Positions 37,001 to 51,257 of a stretch of DNA of 64,000 bases are shown piece after piece (position 1 is the stretch's first letter; each line of letters starts with the position of its first letter). Below the pieces are notes generated by a model that did not search any database, was not told the DNA's origin, and saw only the letters and a program-made list of their open reading frames with translations. Source of the stretch: Basidiobolus meristosporus CBS 931.73 (Eukaryota; Fungi; Basidiobolomycota); NCBI GenBank assembly GCA_002104905.1, contig MCFE01000416.1, positions 14,917 to 78,916 on the forward strand, written 5' to 3'. A program made the position numbers and the translations under genes.

Positions 37001-39690
37001 TTACCCACTACTACCTTGGGTATTCCACATATAGTTTGAATCAAAAAAAACTATGGCCTCCTGCTTACTAACCTCTACAAACGCGCACACCTGCCGCAAT
37101 TGACATACTTCCATCACCTCAACTTTACGGCTTTTTAGTGTGATACTTGCAAAGTTGCCATATACCTTGTACTGCTGGTAGCATATACATCTTGCAAACA
37201 TGTGCTTGGTTGTTGCCACTACTGCCATGAATACCTCCTGAATATTGGCAAAGAACTTCTTGGTATTTGGCCAATATATTCCTTCTCCCTGCTGGATTCT
37301 AGTCCCCCTTATAGGTGCGCTCTGGCTTTTGCTTGTGTGAATTCCATATTGAATAGTGTAGAAGTTTGCTTGTGACCAGAAGAAATCCAGCATATCTTGG
37401 TGGAGTTTTCCTGATAAAAATTAGTTACTTGTTGCACTCAACCCAACTTTGCATTACTTAACTGATTACCCATGCATTGGGGCTGCTTAGCTTCTTAATG
37501 CCGTAGGCATAGGTGTCTCTATGTGCACTTTGTCCTCAGTATTTTCCAACTCTTTCTGGCTGTCCTCCATGTGCCAACTCATCACATCCATGACAGACTT
37601 GAAGGCAATATTCTTGATGAGATTGGGATATGGTAGTACCAGCAACTTGACTTGTCTTCCTATCTCCCCACACATCCGCTCCATAGGAAACTCCCAAAAG
37701 GTGAAGCAAGGCCCGATATTCTCCACACACCGTGCAAGATGGAGTAGAGAATGGATACAGTAGCGGCAGAGATCTACACGTTCAGCTTTATGTTTGTAGT
37801 ATAGCCGCTCAAATCCCATCACAAACTCCTCACACAACAGCTGTAGATGTGTCAAGTTGGTATTAGTGATCCGCTTCTGGATAAATATTCCTACAATGTC
37901 CACATATGACTCCCAATGCTTCCAATGTACTCTTGGTAGGAATGGCTTCAGAACACCACTTGAATAAATACATATCCAGTTCATCCAGTCTTTGCATTTA
38001 TATTGTTGCATATATGTATGAATATTAATTGGAGCCCATGAGAAGTACTTAGGGTGGCAGATACTCTGTAATATCTTGCCAATTTTTTCAAATTTCTCCG
38101 GTATCTTGAAGGGCTCATTTAGCTTGAAATGCCCCATGTACAACTTGGTCATCAGTATAGGGATATTGTTGGAAAGCAAATGCATGCACCCAGTGGAAAG
38201 CTTTTGCTCCAACAGATACCCTCTATGTTAGGTATCTCTGGTTTCCAATTGATTCCATATTCCAGCCAATAGCTTATAGCTTGCCAACTTTGCTGCAATT
38301 GCATGCTTACTTCTGTAAGTTCTCTCTGTGGAAAGATGATGTTCTTAGTGCTGGTGTTTGGGTAATAATAATGTGTGTGAGTTATGGAGTAAATTCCCTG
38401 GATCTCACACATTTGACAGCAATACTGTCCATTGTGCCGGGAAAAACCTGCTATCTTGCTGATGGCTGGGGTATCTCCAATGCAGATAATAATATGCACT
38501 TTTACATGACAGCCATTCACCGTTATCCTGCTGGAAAGCATACAAAATTCATTCAGCAATGGATACAGGTTGCTATCCAGGTTGGACGGTGATTTAGGCC
38601 CAGATACCAGTGAGACTACCATCAAATTATTGCCCTGATACTGTAAGATGGGCGGCAGATTCAGATTGATGAGAATCAGTGGCCAGCAGGATTTGCTGGT
38701 AGAGTACTTGTTTAATGAGAATCCATCAAGTGCTAAAGCAAAGGCATGGTCATACATACCTTCAAAGTAGCCCTTGCTTCTTAGCTGTTTGTAATGTTTG
38801 CCATCAAATATATCAGATATGTTTGCGCTTGATTGATACTGAGTGCAGTACTGTATAGCTTTGCAATATTTGTTGGACTGCATCAGCTTCCTCAGACGGG
38901 GTATAACCGGAATATATCTGGAGTGTGAACAATGTTTTCCCTCAATGGTGGTGGATTCCTGACAATTTGGACACGTTGCAATGGTAGCATCTTTGGATGT
39001 CAATGCCATGCAACTGTTAACACATGCTGGAATCAGGACAGTCTCTGGATCAAATGTTGCCAGACACATGATGGTTGTCCACTTGTACCATGTACATGGT
39101 AAGTTGCATCCCGGTATGATTTTGGCAAGAAGTAGTAATAAATCCTCAGAGCCCCCATTACTGATATTAGTGGAAACGCGCCACTTCTCTAGCCACAAAA
39201 TCACATCATTCACTAGTAGATGGATTACTGGGCTCACTTGGCTCCATGAAGTATCCTTGGCATTTGTCTCAATGGGTGTTGTCTCATTGCATATAGGGAT
39301 TTGACCGGGCTCATACGTGGTACTGTTGTTAGGGGAGATAGGCTCAAAATCCATCAGTGAACCTTCTTTGTCAGAGCTATCACGCTGCATGCCATATTCA
39401 GAAGGCTGAGGTGAGCCTAAAGGCGTCACAAACTCACCTGACTCAGTTTGTGCAAGGTGACAAAGACGGCTAGGTGTCAATATAGAAGTATCAACTGGCC
39501 AACAAGATAAAGTTGGTACAGTAGTGACCAATGAATGGTCAAATATGACTTGGGTGGCAAAACACTGGCGGTGATCCTTGTAATACTTCCTATGCTGTCT
39601 GCATGCTTCATGGCTGAGAGGCTTGCCACAATAGCCACATGGTCTTTTTTCTCTTCTCTTATAGTGTTGAGTCAAAGTAGTCTTGTCCAT
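37001..39690 (-). pseudogene. CMC copy B tnp2-type transposase; 512-aa open N-terminal part, frameshift near 38200, C-terminal pieces 37487-38212 and 37001-37393
   Basis: ALDGF, WPLILINLNLPP, SGPKSPSNLDSNLYPLLNE, GDTPAISKIAGF..CQMCEIQG, WEFPMERMCG: all three acidic motifs present. Confidence 0.88.
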
Positions 39691-39912
39691 GGGGCAAACA
39701 GTTTGACCTTCAACAATGTAATGCTATTATATCACTTTTTGGTCAATAGTCATGTGAACTTAAGACAGTCTTGTATTTGAGACATTGCACCTACATGAAT
39801 GTAAGATTCAATGATGACCCGCCATAGTAAGCATTATAAATAAAGTTGTGGCACCACATACACATGTATATGTAACACTATTTCCCCTTTGGTTTGACTC
39901 ACTTCCATATAT

Positions 39913-41861
39913 ATGCCGCCAAAAAATAAAGCAAAGTTGTCTGGTTCTCAACCAAACCCCACCACTGATGGCAACAGAAGAATGGTTGGACAACAGCTTG
40001 CTTTGACATTCAGTGCAACAAGCAGGGCTACATCCAAAAAAGGTCCTGTGGACAGTGTGCCCATTGAAGGTAATAATGCGGACTCCTCAGGCTCTCAGTC
40101 AAGTAGGCAATTGAGAACCTCTGCGGAGCCACAAGCTGACCATTATGCTCAGGCAGATGAGAATGTAGCAAATGCAGTACCCTCTGTTGAAGATCAGCAA
40201 GTGGCCATGATAACATCACCACCACCCATATTAGCAAGTATGTTGTCAGCTCATACCAAAGCATTAATGAAGCAATTAGGTGCAGTGGCTGATAGGATAG
40301 ATGCAATGGCCCAGAGAAATCAGGAAGTAGTCCAGAAACAGGATGAGCGGATAATACGTGTAGAGCAATCAATATCCCAGGTAGAGAAAGCAGTATCTTT
40401 GCTGCAAAGAAGGAACTCAAGTAGCTCAATGTCACAGCCAAGAATTGAGTCCATTTCCTGATGTAACAGCAGAGGAACACCATACAGTCTTTGAAGCACA
40501 ACAACAGTGCCCAAAGATAAAGCCCACAGAAAAACCTATCACAGCATGGGAGGGAGACAATGTGGTGTTTAGACCAAAGCCTAAAATCAAAAGACATTGA
40601 AGATCCGTGAAGCTGTTGAGTGCAATAATGAAGAGTGGGCTAATATACAAGAGGCTGTCAGAAGTCTAGCACGCCATCACCTTAAGGCCGGCATACCATG
40701 GGACCATCAGGAACTCAAGGCCAAGCAGAATGCTCTTGACTTGTTCCATGAGCATTATCCTGGATTCAAACGGGCAAATGGATTTTGGGCCAGCATTGGT
40801 ATGCTAAGAAAGTATCTCAAGAATAGCAGAAACTATCAAAGGCAGAAGAACAAGGGTGCCATGGCTAAAAACCAGTGGCTTCCTCAAGAGCCCATTACAA
40901 GCAGGGCCAAAAGCTCCAGAAAAGCGTCAAAGAGACGTCAGGCAGCTGGAAGAGTGCCAATTAAGGACAAGCAGGCAGACATGGATGCACCAGCACAACA
41001 TTTATCAAGGAAAAAGCGTAGTACCACTCAAGAAGCACCCAGTCAAAGTAGCAGTGAAGGACCTGGCAGTGATAAAAACCAGCTGCTTTTACAGGAGCCT
41101 GTCACAACTATGGTTGAGAGCTCAAAACAAGCTGAAAAGAAACATCAGGTTGCCAGAAGAGTGCCAGCAAGGGACAAGCAGGCCAAAACAGATGCTGTCA
41201 GAGCAGAATTTATCCAGGAGAAAACGTAGTTCTTTACAAGAAGCACTCAGACAAAGTAGCAGTGAAAGACCTGGCAGTGATAAAGGAAAAGGTAAAGGGA
41301 AAAATGTCTACCCAAACCTGAGACAGGGAGGCATGCAAAAAAAACTGCAGTTCTTGCCAATTAACGCCGCAAGCCAGGAACAGACTGAATCCCATCATAG
41401 CCAAGAAGAATTACCAACAAGAAAACAGCTGTTTTCACAAGAGTTGGAAGCGCAGCCAGTTGAGCTACACTCCAGCAAGGTAGATGAGTTTGCTGAAAAA
41501 GGCAATTTGTCTACCACAGCCTCCACAGCCTCCGCAGCCTCCATTGTTGACAGAGTGGAGATCCCACTGACAGACAAGGCTACAACATCAAGAGCTCAAA
41601 GACTATCACAATGCCTTCAGTGGATTTTGGAACATTAATAGGCACACCAAGAGGTTGCAGCACTTCTTCAAGAGCAGTGCTCAAGAAAACGCACTGGAAT
41701 ATTGCAAGGATTTATTGCAAAGACTGGCAGATGAGGAGCTAGACCTTGCAGTGCCAGCTGAAGACCAGGACGTGTGGGAACCAGTGAATGAACAGTGGCA
41801 TAAAGCTGTTGGGTTCCCGACCAAAGTTGTGGAACCAGAGCGTTACAGCAGAAATACTTAA
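39913..41861 (+). pseudogene. CMC copy B accessory ORF (coiled coil, helical W-rich domain, two ~69-aa repeats); frameshifted
   Basis: MPPKNKAKLSG..; QKQDERIIRVEQSISQVEKAVSLL; FHEHYPGFKRANGFWASIGMLRKYLKNSRNYQRQK; repeats QEP...RVP.KDKQA.....LSR.KRS..QEA..QSSSE.PGSDK at about 40883 and 41092. Confidence 0.75.
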
Positions 41862-42322
41862 TGAGTGGTGGATTTTAATGGAGTTACTTGTTGAGTGTGG
41901 GGTTGGGCTTAATGTTAGTGTAGGGTATAGAGACTTGTATAGGTCAATACAATTGGCAATTGAGGTACAACTGAAGTTTCAACGGAAATAAATCAATTTG
42001 TACGCATGAAAAGTAAGAGAAATGGCTGAGTCAGGAAGTAAGGAGTGTGAAAAAGAGGCAATAGCCAATCAATGCACACAAATGTAGGAGGCAATAGAGT
42101 GTCCGGGATCAGAAAGTGAGCAAATTGGCAGGGAATCAATCAAAAGCCACTTATACATTGTTGTGATGAAAAATTATGACAAAGTTTTTTGTGAAATCTG
42201 GGGTGCAATTATTTTTCAATGGTCTCTGGACAGAGTCCTGACAAGATCAGTACCTCTCAGTCACAGGACATTAACTTTGTGATGGCCTTTTGATGGGATC
42301 ATCTCAATAATTTTTCATAGGG

Positions 42323-45194
42323 AATTTATGCCACTGTTCATTTGTGGGATCCCACACATCCTGGTCTTCAGCTAGCATTGCAAGGTCTAGCTCCTCATCT
42401 GCTAGTCTTTGCAGTAAATCCTTGCAGTATCCAAGTGCATTTCCTTGAGCACTGTTATTGAAGAAGTGCTGCAACCTCTTGGTGTGCCTATTAATGTTCC
42501 AAATTCCACTGAAGGCATTGTGATAACCTTTGAATTCTTGACAATGTTACTTTGTCTGTCAGTGGGATCTCCACTCTGTCAACAATGGAGGACAAGGAGG
42601 CTGAGGTAGACAAAATGCCTTTCTCTGCAAACTCATCAACCTCACTGGGGCACAGCTGAACAGGCTGCACTCCCAACTCGTGTGAAAATAGCTGTTTTCT
42701 TATTGGTAATTCTTCTAGGCTATGATGTGATTAAGCCTGTTATGTGCTTCCAGCATTAACTGGCAAGAACTGCAGCTTTTTTCTCACACTTCCCCATCTC
42801 AGGCTTGGGTAGACTTTTTCCCATTTACCTTTCCCTTTGTCCCCACCAGGTCTTTTACTGCTACGTTGTCTGAGTGCTTCTTGTATTGAACTATATTTTC
42901 TCCTTGATAAATGCTGCTTTGATGCATCTGTTTTGGCCTGCTTGTCCCTTGCTGGCACTCTGCAGGCAGCCTGACACTTCTGTCCTGCTTGTTTTGAGCT
43001 CTCAGTGCATGCTGTGATGGGCTCCTGAGGTAGTCACTTGTTTTTATAACTGCCAGGTCCTTTAGTACTACTGTGATTGAGTGCCTCTTGAGTCAAATTA
43101 CGCTTTTTCCTTGGTAAATGCTGTGCTAGTGCATCTGTATTTGCCTGCTTTTCCCTTATTGGCACTCTCCCAGCTATCTGATGCCTCTTTGCCACTTGTT
43201 TGGGGCTTTTGGCCCTGCTTATAACAGGCTCTTGAGGAAGCTGCTGGTTTTTAGCCATTGCACCCTTGTTCTTCTACCTTTGATAGTTTCTGCTAATTTT
43301 GTGATACTTACTAGCATACCAATGCTGGCCAAAAAACTGTTTGCTTGTTTGAATCCAGAATAATGCTCATGAAGTAAGTGAAGCACATTTTGCTTAGCCT
43401 TGAGTTCCTGATGGTCCCATGGTATGCCAGCCTTGAGGTGTTGGCATGCTAGACTTCTAACAACCTCTTGAATATTAGCCCACTGCTCATCACTGCACTA
43501 AACAGCTTCACAGATGTTCAATCTCATTTGATTTTTAAGCTCTGGTATAAACACTACATTTTCTCCCTCCAAGCTGTGATAGGTTTTTCTGTGGGTTTTA
43601 TCTTTGGGCACTGTTGTTGTGCGTCGATGAATGTACAGTGTTCCTCTGCTGTTACATTGGGAAATGGCTCAATTCTTTGTGTGACTTTGAGCTATTTGAG
43701 TTCCTTCTTTGCAGCAAGGATACTGCCTGCTCTACCTGGGATATTGATTGCTATACTCCTTTTATCTGCTCATGCTGTTTCTGGACTATTTCCTTATTTC
43801 TCTGAGCCATTGCATCTATCCTATCAGCCACTGCACCTAATTACCCCATAAATGCTTTGGTATGAGCTGACAACATACTTGCTAATACAGGTGATGGTGA
43901 TGTTATGATGGTCACTTGCTGGTCTTCAACTAAAGGTAGTGCCAGAACTACATTATTATTTGCCTCAGCAAATTGATCAGCTTGTGGCTCCATAGAGATT
44001 CCCAATTGTCTGCTTGGCCAAGAGCCTGAGGAGCCCCCATTATTCCCTTCAGTGGGCATACTGTCCACAGGGCCTTTTTTGGTTGTAACCCCACTTGTTG
44101 CACTAAACATCAAACCAAGCTGTTGCCCAATTGTTCTTCAGCTGCTGTCAGCAGTGGGGTTGGGTTGGGAACCAGACAACTTTGCTTATTTTCTTGGCAG
44201 CATATACATGGAAGTGAGTCAAACCAAAGGGGAAATAGTGTTACATATACATGTGTATGTGATTTCACAACTTGATTAATAATGCTTACTATAGTGGGTC
44301 ATAATTGAATCTTACATTCATGTAGGTGCAATGTCTCAAATACAAGACTGTCATAAACTTACATGAGTGTTGACAAAAAAGTGATATAATAGCATTACAT
44401 TTTTAAGTGTCAAACTGTTGGCCCCATGGACAAGACTACTTTGACTCAACACCATAAGAGAAGAGAAAGATGACCATGTGGCTATTGTAGCAAGACTCTC
44501 AGCCATGAAGTGCACAGACAGTATAGGGAGTACTTACAGGATCCCAGCTAGTGTTTTGCCACACAAGTCATATTTGGCCATTCACCAGTCACTACTGTAC
44601 CAATAATATCTTGCTGGCCACTTGATACTTCTATAATTGCATCTAGCTGTACTGGTCACCTTGCACAAACTGAGTCAGGTGAGTTTGTGAAACCTTTAGG
44701 CTCACCCCAGCCTTCTGAATATGGCATGCAGAGTGATAGCTTTGAAGCAGCTGGCTTGCTGATGAATAGTAAGCCTATCCTCCTTTACAATGGTACTCTG
44801 CATGAGCCTGGCAAAATCCGATTATGCAATGAGATCACACCTGTGGAAAAAATGCCAAGGATACCTTATGGAGTCAAGTGAGCCCAGTAATTCATTGGCT
44901 GGTGAATGATTTGATGCTGTGGCTAGAGAAGTGGCATGTTTCCACTAATATCAGTAAAGGGGGCTTTGAGGATTTACTACTACTTCTTGCCAAAATCATC
45001 CCAGGATGCAACTTACCATGTAAGTGGTATAAATAGAATACTGTCCAGCAGCTGGCAACATAAGACCCAGAAACCATTCTGATACTAGCATGTGTTAATA
45101 GCTGCATGGTGTTTACATCAGAAAATGCCACCATTGCAAGGTGTCCAACTTGTCAGGAATCCACCACCATTGGGGGAAAACTGTGGTATATATC
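42323..45194 (+). mobile_element. CMC transposon copy C (most degraded); host of copies A and B on the left and cut by copia on the right
   Basis: 42323-44200 is the reverse complement of the accessory ORF. 44425-45180 is the transposase 5' part (ATGGACAAGACTACTTTGACTC..CCAACTTGTCAGGAATCCACCACC). Confidence 0.85.
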
Positions 45195-45483
45195 TGTAAC
45201 TCAACCTAAATATTCCCCTAACCTAGTTGCTCAGATCATTACCATCAAATCCTAAAAAATATTGATCAAAATCCTTATTAAAAATTAGATAAGTTGTCCA
45301 AACAGCCCCAAGCATTGTGCACATGCTCTTGGGACCTTCCTAAACCTATTCTAAATGTTTGTTATGCCAGTACCATGTAAAAGTATAAATAATAGTTTTA
45401 CATTCAATAAATCATTAAGTGAAAACCACATATTCTACCAGTCCTCTCAAATCACTTCCAATGTCTCCAAGACTCTTACAACA

Positions 45484-45497
45484 GGTTATGAGCCCTG
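45484..45497 (+). promoter_or_regulatory. Copia primer-binding site complementary to the anticodon arm of initiator tRNA-Met (half-tRNA priming)
   Basis: GGTTATGAGCCCTG directly after the LTR end; complement of CAGGGCUCAUAACC in fungal tRNAiMet. Confidence 0.85.
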
Positions 45498-47973
45498 AGC
45501 TGTCACTCTCTGCATTGTCTGCTACTCTACTACTGGAATTTATCCCTCAGCCAAGAAGTTGGATGGATCTAACTACCAAGTGTGGAAGGTGAAGATGAAG
45601 TTGCTGCTACACAAGAGAGGCCATTGAGATATTGTCATGGGAGAACAATGCCCTCCTAAAAATGTGGGAGAGGAATTGTTAAAGTACCAGAAGTAAGAAC
45701 AAAGTGCCTTTAGCTGCATTTGCCTTAATGTAAAAGACAGATTGCTAATTCAATGCTCAAGAGCAAAAATGGCAAAAAATACCTGGAAGGCATTCAAAGA
45801 CACCTACCAGTCATGTACAGCTGCTAAGAAAATGTATCTGAGACAAAAATTCTTTCCTACTAAGATGCAGACAGGAGAAGAAATGAAATATCTAATGAAC
45901 AGAATTGCCCTGCTGGTGGACAAGATGGAATCTGTGGGTGTACCAACTACTGATGAGGATGTGATAGTTACCATCCTGAATAGCCTAAAAGGCAACTTTT
46001 AGGGCCTTGTATCAGCCCTAGAGTCCAGAACTGAAAATTTGACCTTAAATTACATATTTGGAAGGCTCCTGGATGCAAAATTAAGAAAATTAGGTGCCAA
46101 TAAGAAGGAAGAAGAAAATGCCTCAATAAGCTATGATAACCAGCAAAGGAGGTACCCAAAGCTTTTTAAAGGCAATACCAACCAGTTTTTCAGCAACTGC
46201 AAAAGGAAAGGACACACATCAGACCAGTGTCTCAAACAGAGAGTTGATCAGCCAAAGAAGCCTGAACATAGAAATGCTGCAACAACTGAAGATAGCCTAT
46301 TCATATCTATACTAAATTTGACCACAAACAAGGGTTCTCAGTATTGATATATTGGCTCTGCAGCATCTCAACACATTACACAACAAACAGAACTTTTTAC
46401 CCAATATCAAGATATTCCAGTTAAGTAGGTTTTCATGGAGTACAATATAATACTTGATGCAGTGGGAAAAGAAACCATCCAAGTAAGCCTTAAAAGCAGT
46501 GAGGAAGCCATACACTGAACTTTAAAGAAGTACTCTATATACTAGAAATAGCTAAGAACCTATTATCTGTAAGCAAGGCCACTGCAGAAGGAATCAGTTT
46601 CATCTTTGACAATTGTGGATGCAGGATCACAGCTCAAAATGGTGCCCATATTGCTTTGGATACCAGAGATCAAAATCTTTACAAGTTGACTTATATTCCT
46701 TCATATCTGGAAGCCAGTATAAGTACCTTAACTGAAGAAATGCCAAAGCTTTGGCACAGGTGATTTGGGCATATCAATTTTGATTATTTGAGCAAAATGT
46801 CAAAGATCAGCTGATTTTCAGAATTATAATTGATCCCCCAGCTAGTTTGGGACACTGTGTAGCCTGTATACATGGGAGACAAGCCAGACAGTTGTTCAAG
46901 AGCTATGGGCTAATCAAAACTAAGAAAATATTAGATCAAATTCACTCACACATCTGTGGACCTGTGCAAAATTTATCCTTAGGCAGGATGAAGTATTTAA
47001 TCACTTTTGTAGATGACTATACAAGATACATGTGCATTTACTTCATGGAGAGAAAGGAAGAAGCTCTGTCTAAGCTCAGGGAGCTCAAAACAATGGTGGA
47101 GAGAGAAACTGGTGAAAAAATCAAGAAAAATGCTCTGACAATGGGGGAGAATATACCTTAAAACTCTTCATCCACTTCTGGAAAATTCATGGGATAAATC
47201 AAGAGACTACTGTACCATACTCCCCACAGTAAAATGAAGTAGCAGAACATGCAATCAGATCAATAACTGAGATGGCAAGATCTATGATGTATGATCAAAA
47301 GACTTGTTCTGTTGGATAGTGCCACATAGTGCCAGCCTGTTTATGGTGCCAGATTGATCTGGCACTATAATTTCTACCATGATGCAAGTGATATGATACA
47401 GTTACTGGTATTTTACTCAATCTTACTTATGTTGCTCAGAATAGTGCTTTCCTTGCTTTATTTACTCTTCATAATGCTCCAGACACATTTCTCTCAGTGG
47501 AAATCTTCTTGTATGAACATACTGTGCATTAATAAGTATCTTAACTATTTTGCCTATTCTGCTGTTTTCTCCTATATATGACTTTCCTCTGTATTTGTTA
47601 CAAGTCTTGGTATAAGAGTTGTAGAGGAATAGGGAGGTTAGCTGGTATTGTATTCACTAAAACTTGAACTGATTTTTATTGAGGTTCCAGCAGCTCCTTA
47701 TATACATTTTGCCAGATCAATTGCTGACTAATTGTATTTCCTAATGTAGGTTGTGGCTGATGACTCGTTTGATTGCATCATCATCACCCAATAAGATCCT
47801 ACTTAATATATCTATTTCCGTCTGATAAGGATCTGCTGATTCATTTGCTAACTAATGCTACTGATTTCATAGATAATACTGATATACTGATAACCTAAAC
47901 ATATACTAATTGATTTGGCTAAAAGCTGATCTAACTTAAACATTCAAGCGGCAGATCATAACATTCTCCCCTA

Positions 47974-50900
47974 CTAAAGTTGAGAGGGTTCTCCTGAATC
48001 TCTTTTCTTGTGGTACCAATATCTTGATGGTTCAGTATTATCAGCAAGTCTTGCAAGCTTGAGTCTGTCTCTATGCACTAAGTCTTCCTGGATATTGCCT
48101 TGTTTGTCCACCAGTTGGTAAGTTGCAAATGGACATTCTCTGATGATCTTGAATGGTCCTGGGCATTGTGGCTCAAACTTCTTCCAAGTGTTGTTTCTTA
48201 GCAATACAAAGTTCCCAACTGTCAATGCTTCTGGTGCTATAGTCTTATCAAATCTCTGCTTCATCTTTTCTGCACTTTGAGATACTTTGGTCTGTGCCTC
48301 TTGACATCTTTGTTCCAGTTGCTGGTGTCTACTTGGCTGACTGAGTTCATCTTCTAAGGTGTCTGTAAGCTTTGGTTGTGTGAGATCTCCTGGAATCCTT
48401 GGTTCACATCCATACACTAAGTAAATTGGTGATTGCTGGGTTGTGTTGTGTACTCTGACTCTGCATGCAAAGAGTGCTTGGTCTATATACTCATCCCATC
48501 TACTGACAACTCCATTTGCATACTTGGTGAGCATTTTTCCAAATAATCCATTAAACCGCTCAGTGACTCCATTAGTTCTGGGGTGATATGCCAAGGTTTT
48601 CAAGTGTCTGATCTGCTGCATTTCCAGGTAAGCCTCTAATGTCTTTGTCATAAAGTTTGCTCCTCTGTCAGATAAGATCTCCACAGGGCATCCAAACTTC
48701 ATCAGGATCTCATGGTAAATGAAACTTGCAACTTCTTGTTCACTGGCTGTTGGTACAGCTTTAGCAACTGGCCATTTAGTGGCATGGTCAATTGCTACTA
48801 GGATCCAACGGTTGCATTTCCTGGTAGTTGGCAGTCTTCCAATAAAGTCAATTCCCCATCTCTCAAATGGTCTTACAGGCTCCAAAGGGAAGAGTTTGGC
48901 AATTCTTTGTGGCTGGCCTTGATTGATTTGGCAGCTTGGACATGTTTTCACTAGCTTCTCAATATCTTGTTTCATTCTGGGCCACCATGCTCTGGCTTAC
49001 ACAAGGCTATAGGTTCCTTCAATCCCAAGATGTCCATATCCATTGTGTAGCTTATGTATTAAATCCAGGCAAGAAACATAAGGGCAATAGGCAATAGGGC
49101 TTCCATCAACAATTTGGTAGAGTGTTTCATCCTGTACTACAAATTTGCTGGCTTCATCACGGATTATCTTCTTGATATCTTCATCCACCTCATTAGGAAT
49201 GGCTTGGTCCTCCAAGTACTTTGGTAATAGGCTAGGCCAATCTGATTCATGCACCAAGTTGAGTTGTGCAACTTGATCTAATCTTGATAAGGCATCAGCA
49301 ACCATGTTGTTTTTTCCAGGACAGTAGACAATCTCCAGGTCAAATTGCTGAATGTATTCACTTCATCTTGTCATTCTTCTAGAAAGTACCTTCTGAGTAA
49401 ATATATACTTGAGGGAGGCATGATCAGTCTTCACAGTGCATTTGACTCCTTTGATATAGCATCTCCATGTCTTCAAACAGTGTATTATAGCAAGCATCTC
49501 CTTTGCATGCACTGGATAGTTTTGTTCTGCTGAGTTCAGTTTCTTGGATTCAAAGGCTACAGGGTAGTCCTTTCCCTTGTGTACTTGGCTCAGAACTCCA
49601 CCAATTGCATAATCTGAAGCATCTGTGCACCGAGTGAACTCTTTTCTGAAGTCTGGTATTCTTAAGCTTGGCAGCTTAGCAAGTTCATTCTTGAGCATCT
49701 GGAAGGCAGTCTCACAAGCTATGTCCCACTTTTAGGTATTGTCTTTCCTGAGGATATCAGTTAAACAGGCTGCAATACTTGCAAAAGACTTGACAAATCT
49801 CCGATAATAGGAAACCATTCCACGGAATGATCTGAGTTCTGATATGCTATGGGGCTGCTTCAAATTCTTGATAACTTCAACCTTCTTAGGGTCTAAGGTC
49901 ACTCCTGTGCTAGTCACTATGTGTCCCAGGTATTCAACATGTTCCTTGAAGAATTCACACTTGGCTAGCTTGCCATATAGCTTGTTCTCTCTTAGTTTCT
50001 TCAAGATCTTTTCAATGTGCACCATGTGATCCTTTTCTGTCTTGCTGTATATCAATATGTCATCCAGGTAGATTATCACAAACTTGTCTAAGTACTCCTG
50101 AAAGACAGTCTGCATCAGCGTCATGAATGTTGCAGGGGCATTAGTGAGGCCAAAACTCATGACTAAGTACTTGTAATGTTCATATCTGGTCCTGAATGCT
50201 GTCTTAGGGATATCTTCTGGTTTCACTCTAATCTGGTTGTATCCTGACATGAGGTCAATCTTGCTGAAAATAGTGGCTCCGCTAAGTTGGTCCAAAAGCT
50301 TGTCAATCCAAGGTATGGGGTACTTATTCTTGACAGTAACTGAGTTCAGGGCTCTGTAGTCAATGCACATCCTAAGTGTTCCATCCTTCTTTTTCACAAA
50401 AAGCACTGGTGCTCCCCAGGGTGACTTGCTGGGCCTGATGTATCCTTGCTCCAATAGCTGATCAATTTGTCTCTTCATTTCCTCCAATTCCAATGGACTA
50501 TTCTGTAAGGTGTCTTGCTCACTGGAGGGCTATCACCTGTGTCAATGGCATGATCCACGTCTCTGACTGGTGGTAGGCTTACAAGCTCATCTGGAAACAC
50601 GTCTGAATATTTCTTCAAGAGAGTCTGGACCTGCTGGGGTGCTGGGGTAGAGGAATCCTCCTGTAAAACTGCCATAAGGAACATCTGAGTACCTTTTCTA
50701 AGTGCTCTACAGAACTGGGTCTTGCTAAGTTCACTTGTCTCACACATACTGGAATTGACCAAGTTAAAATCCAGCCTGGCAGGTAATAGCTCATAGGTCT
50801 TGTTGTCTTTTTGGATCTGAGTAGCATGGGTTCTCCAGTTGATTGATGGATTACGACAAAATAGCCAGGTTTTTCCAAGTACAAGGTCAAACTTGCAGTT

Positions 50901-51257
50901 CCCAAATATATAAGCCTGTAGGTCTTCTTCATAGTCATTGATCTTCATTCTTACTGGCTGAGTAATACAGTTGATTATGTGAGAGTTCCCATCAGCTGTT
51001 GAGACTGAAGTTGATTTGGTAGGTTCTGAGTTGATCCCAGCTTTCAGAGCAAATTGCTCTGACATGTACTCATGTGATGCTCCTGAGTCAATCATGATCT
51101 TGGCAGGTACTCCATTGGTTACTCCATTCAAGTATAATAGCTTTCCTGAGTTTGAGGTCATCTGGGATAGGTATTCTGCTGTCATGTGGAAGGTGAGTTC
51201 TGAGTCTTCTTCAAGTTCATCCTTCATGTTACTATGCTCCATGGCCTCAATACGGTT
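47974..51257 (-). pseudogene. Gypsy 1 pol (protease, RT, RNase H, integrase), fragmented
   Basis: IMIDSGASH; [30 protein letters not shown]; YLDD; TDASDYAIGGVLSQ; PFERWGIDFIG, ILSDRG, GVTERFNG; GPFKI. Confidence 0.92.

Larger units (their letters stand above)
36522..42322 (-). mobile_element. CMC (CACTA/EnSpm-like) transposon copy B, full length (5.8 kb), both TIRs present
   Basis: CCCTATGAAAAATAATT at 36522 and AATAATTTTTCATAGGG ending 42322 (17 bp, 1 mismatch); CCC termini fit the CMC rule. No clean TSD (TA left, AA right). Confidence 0.9.
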
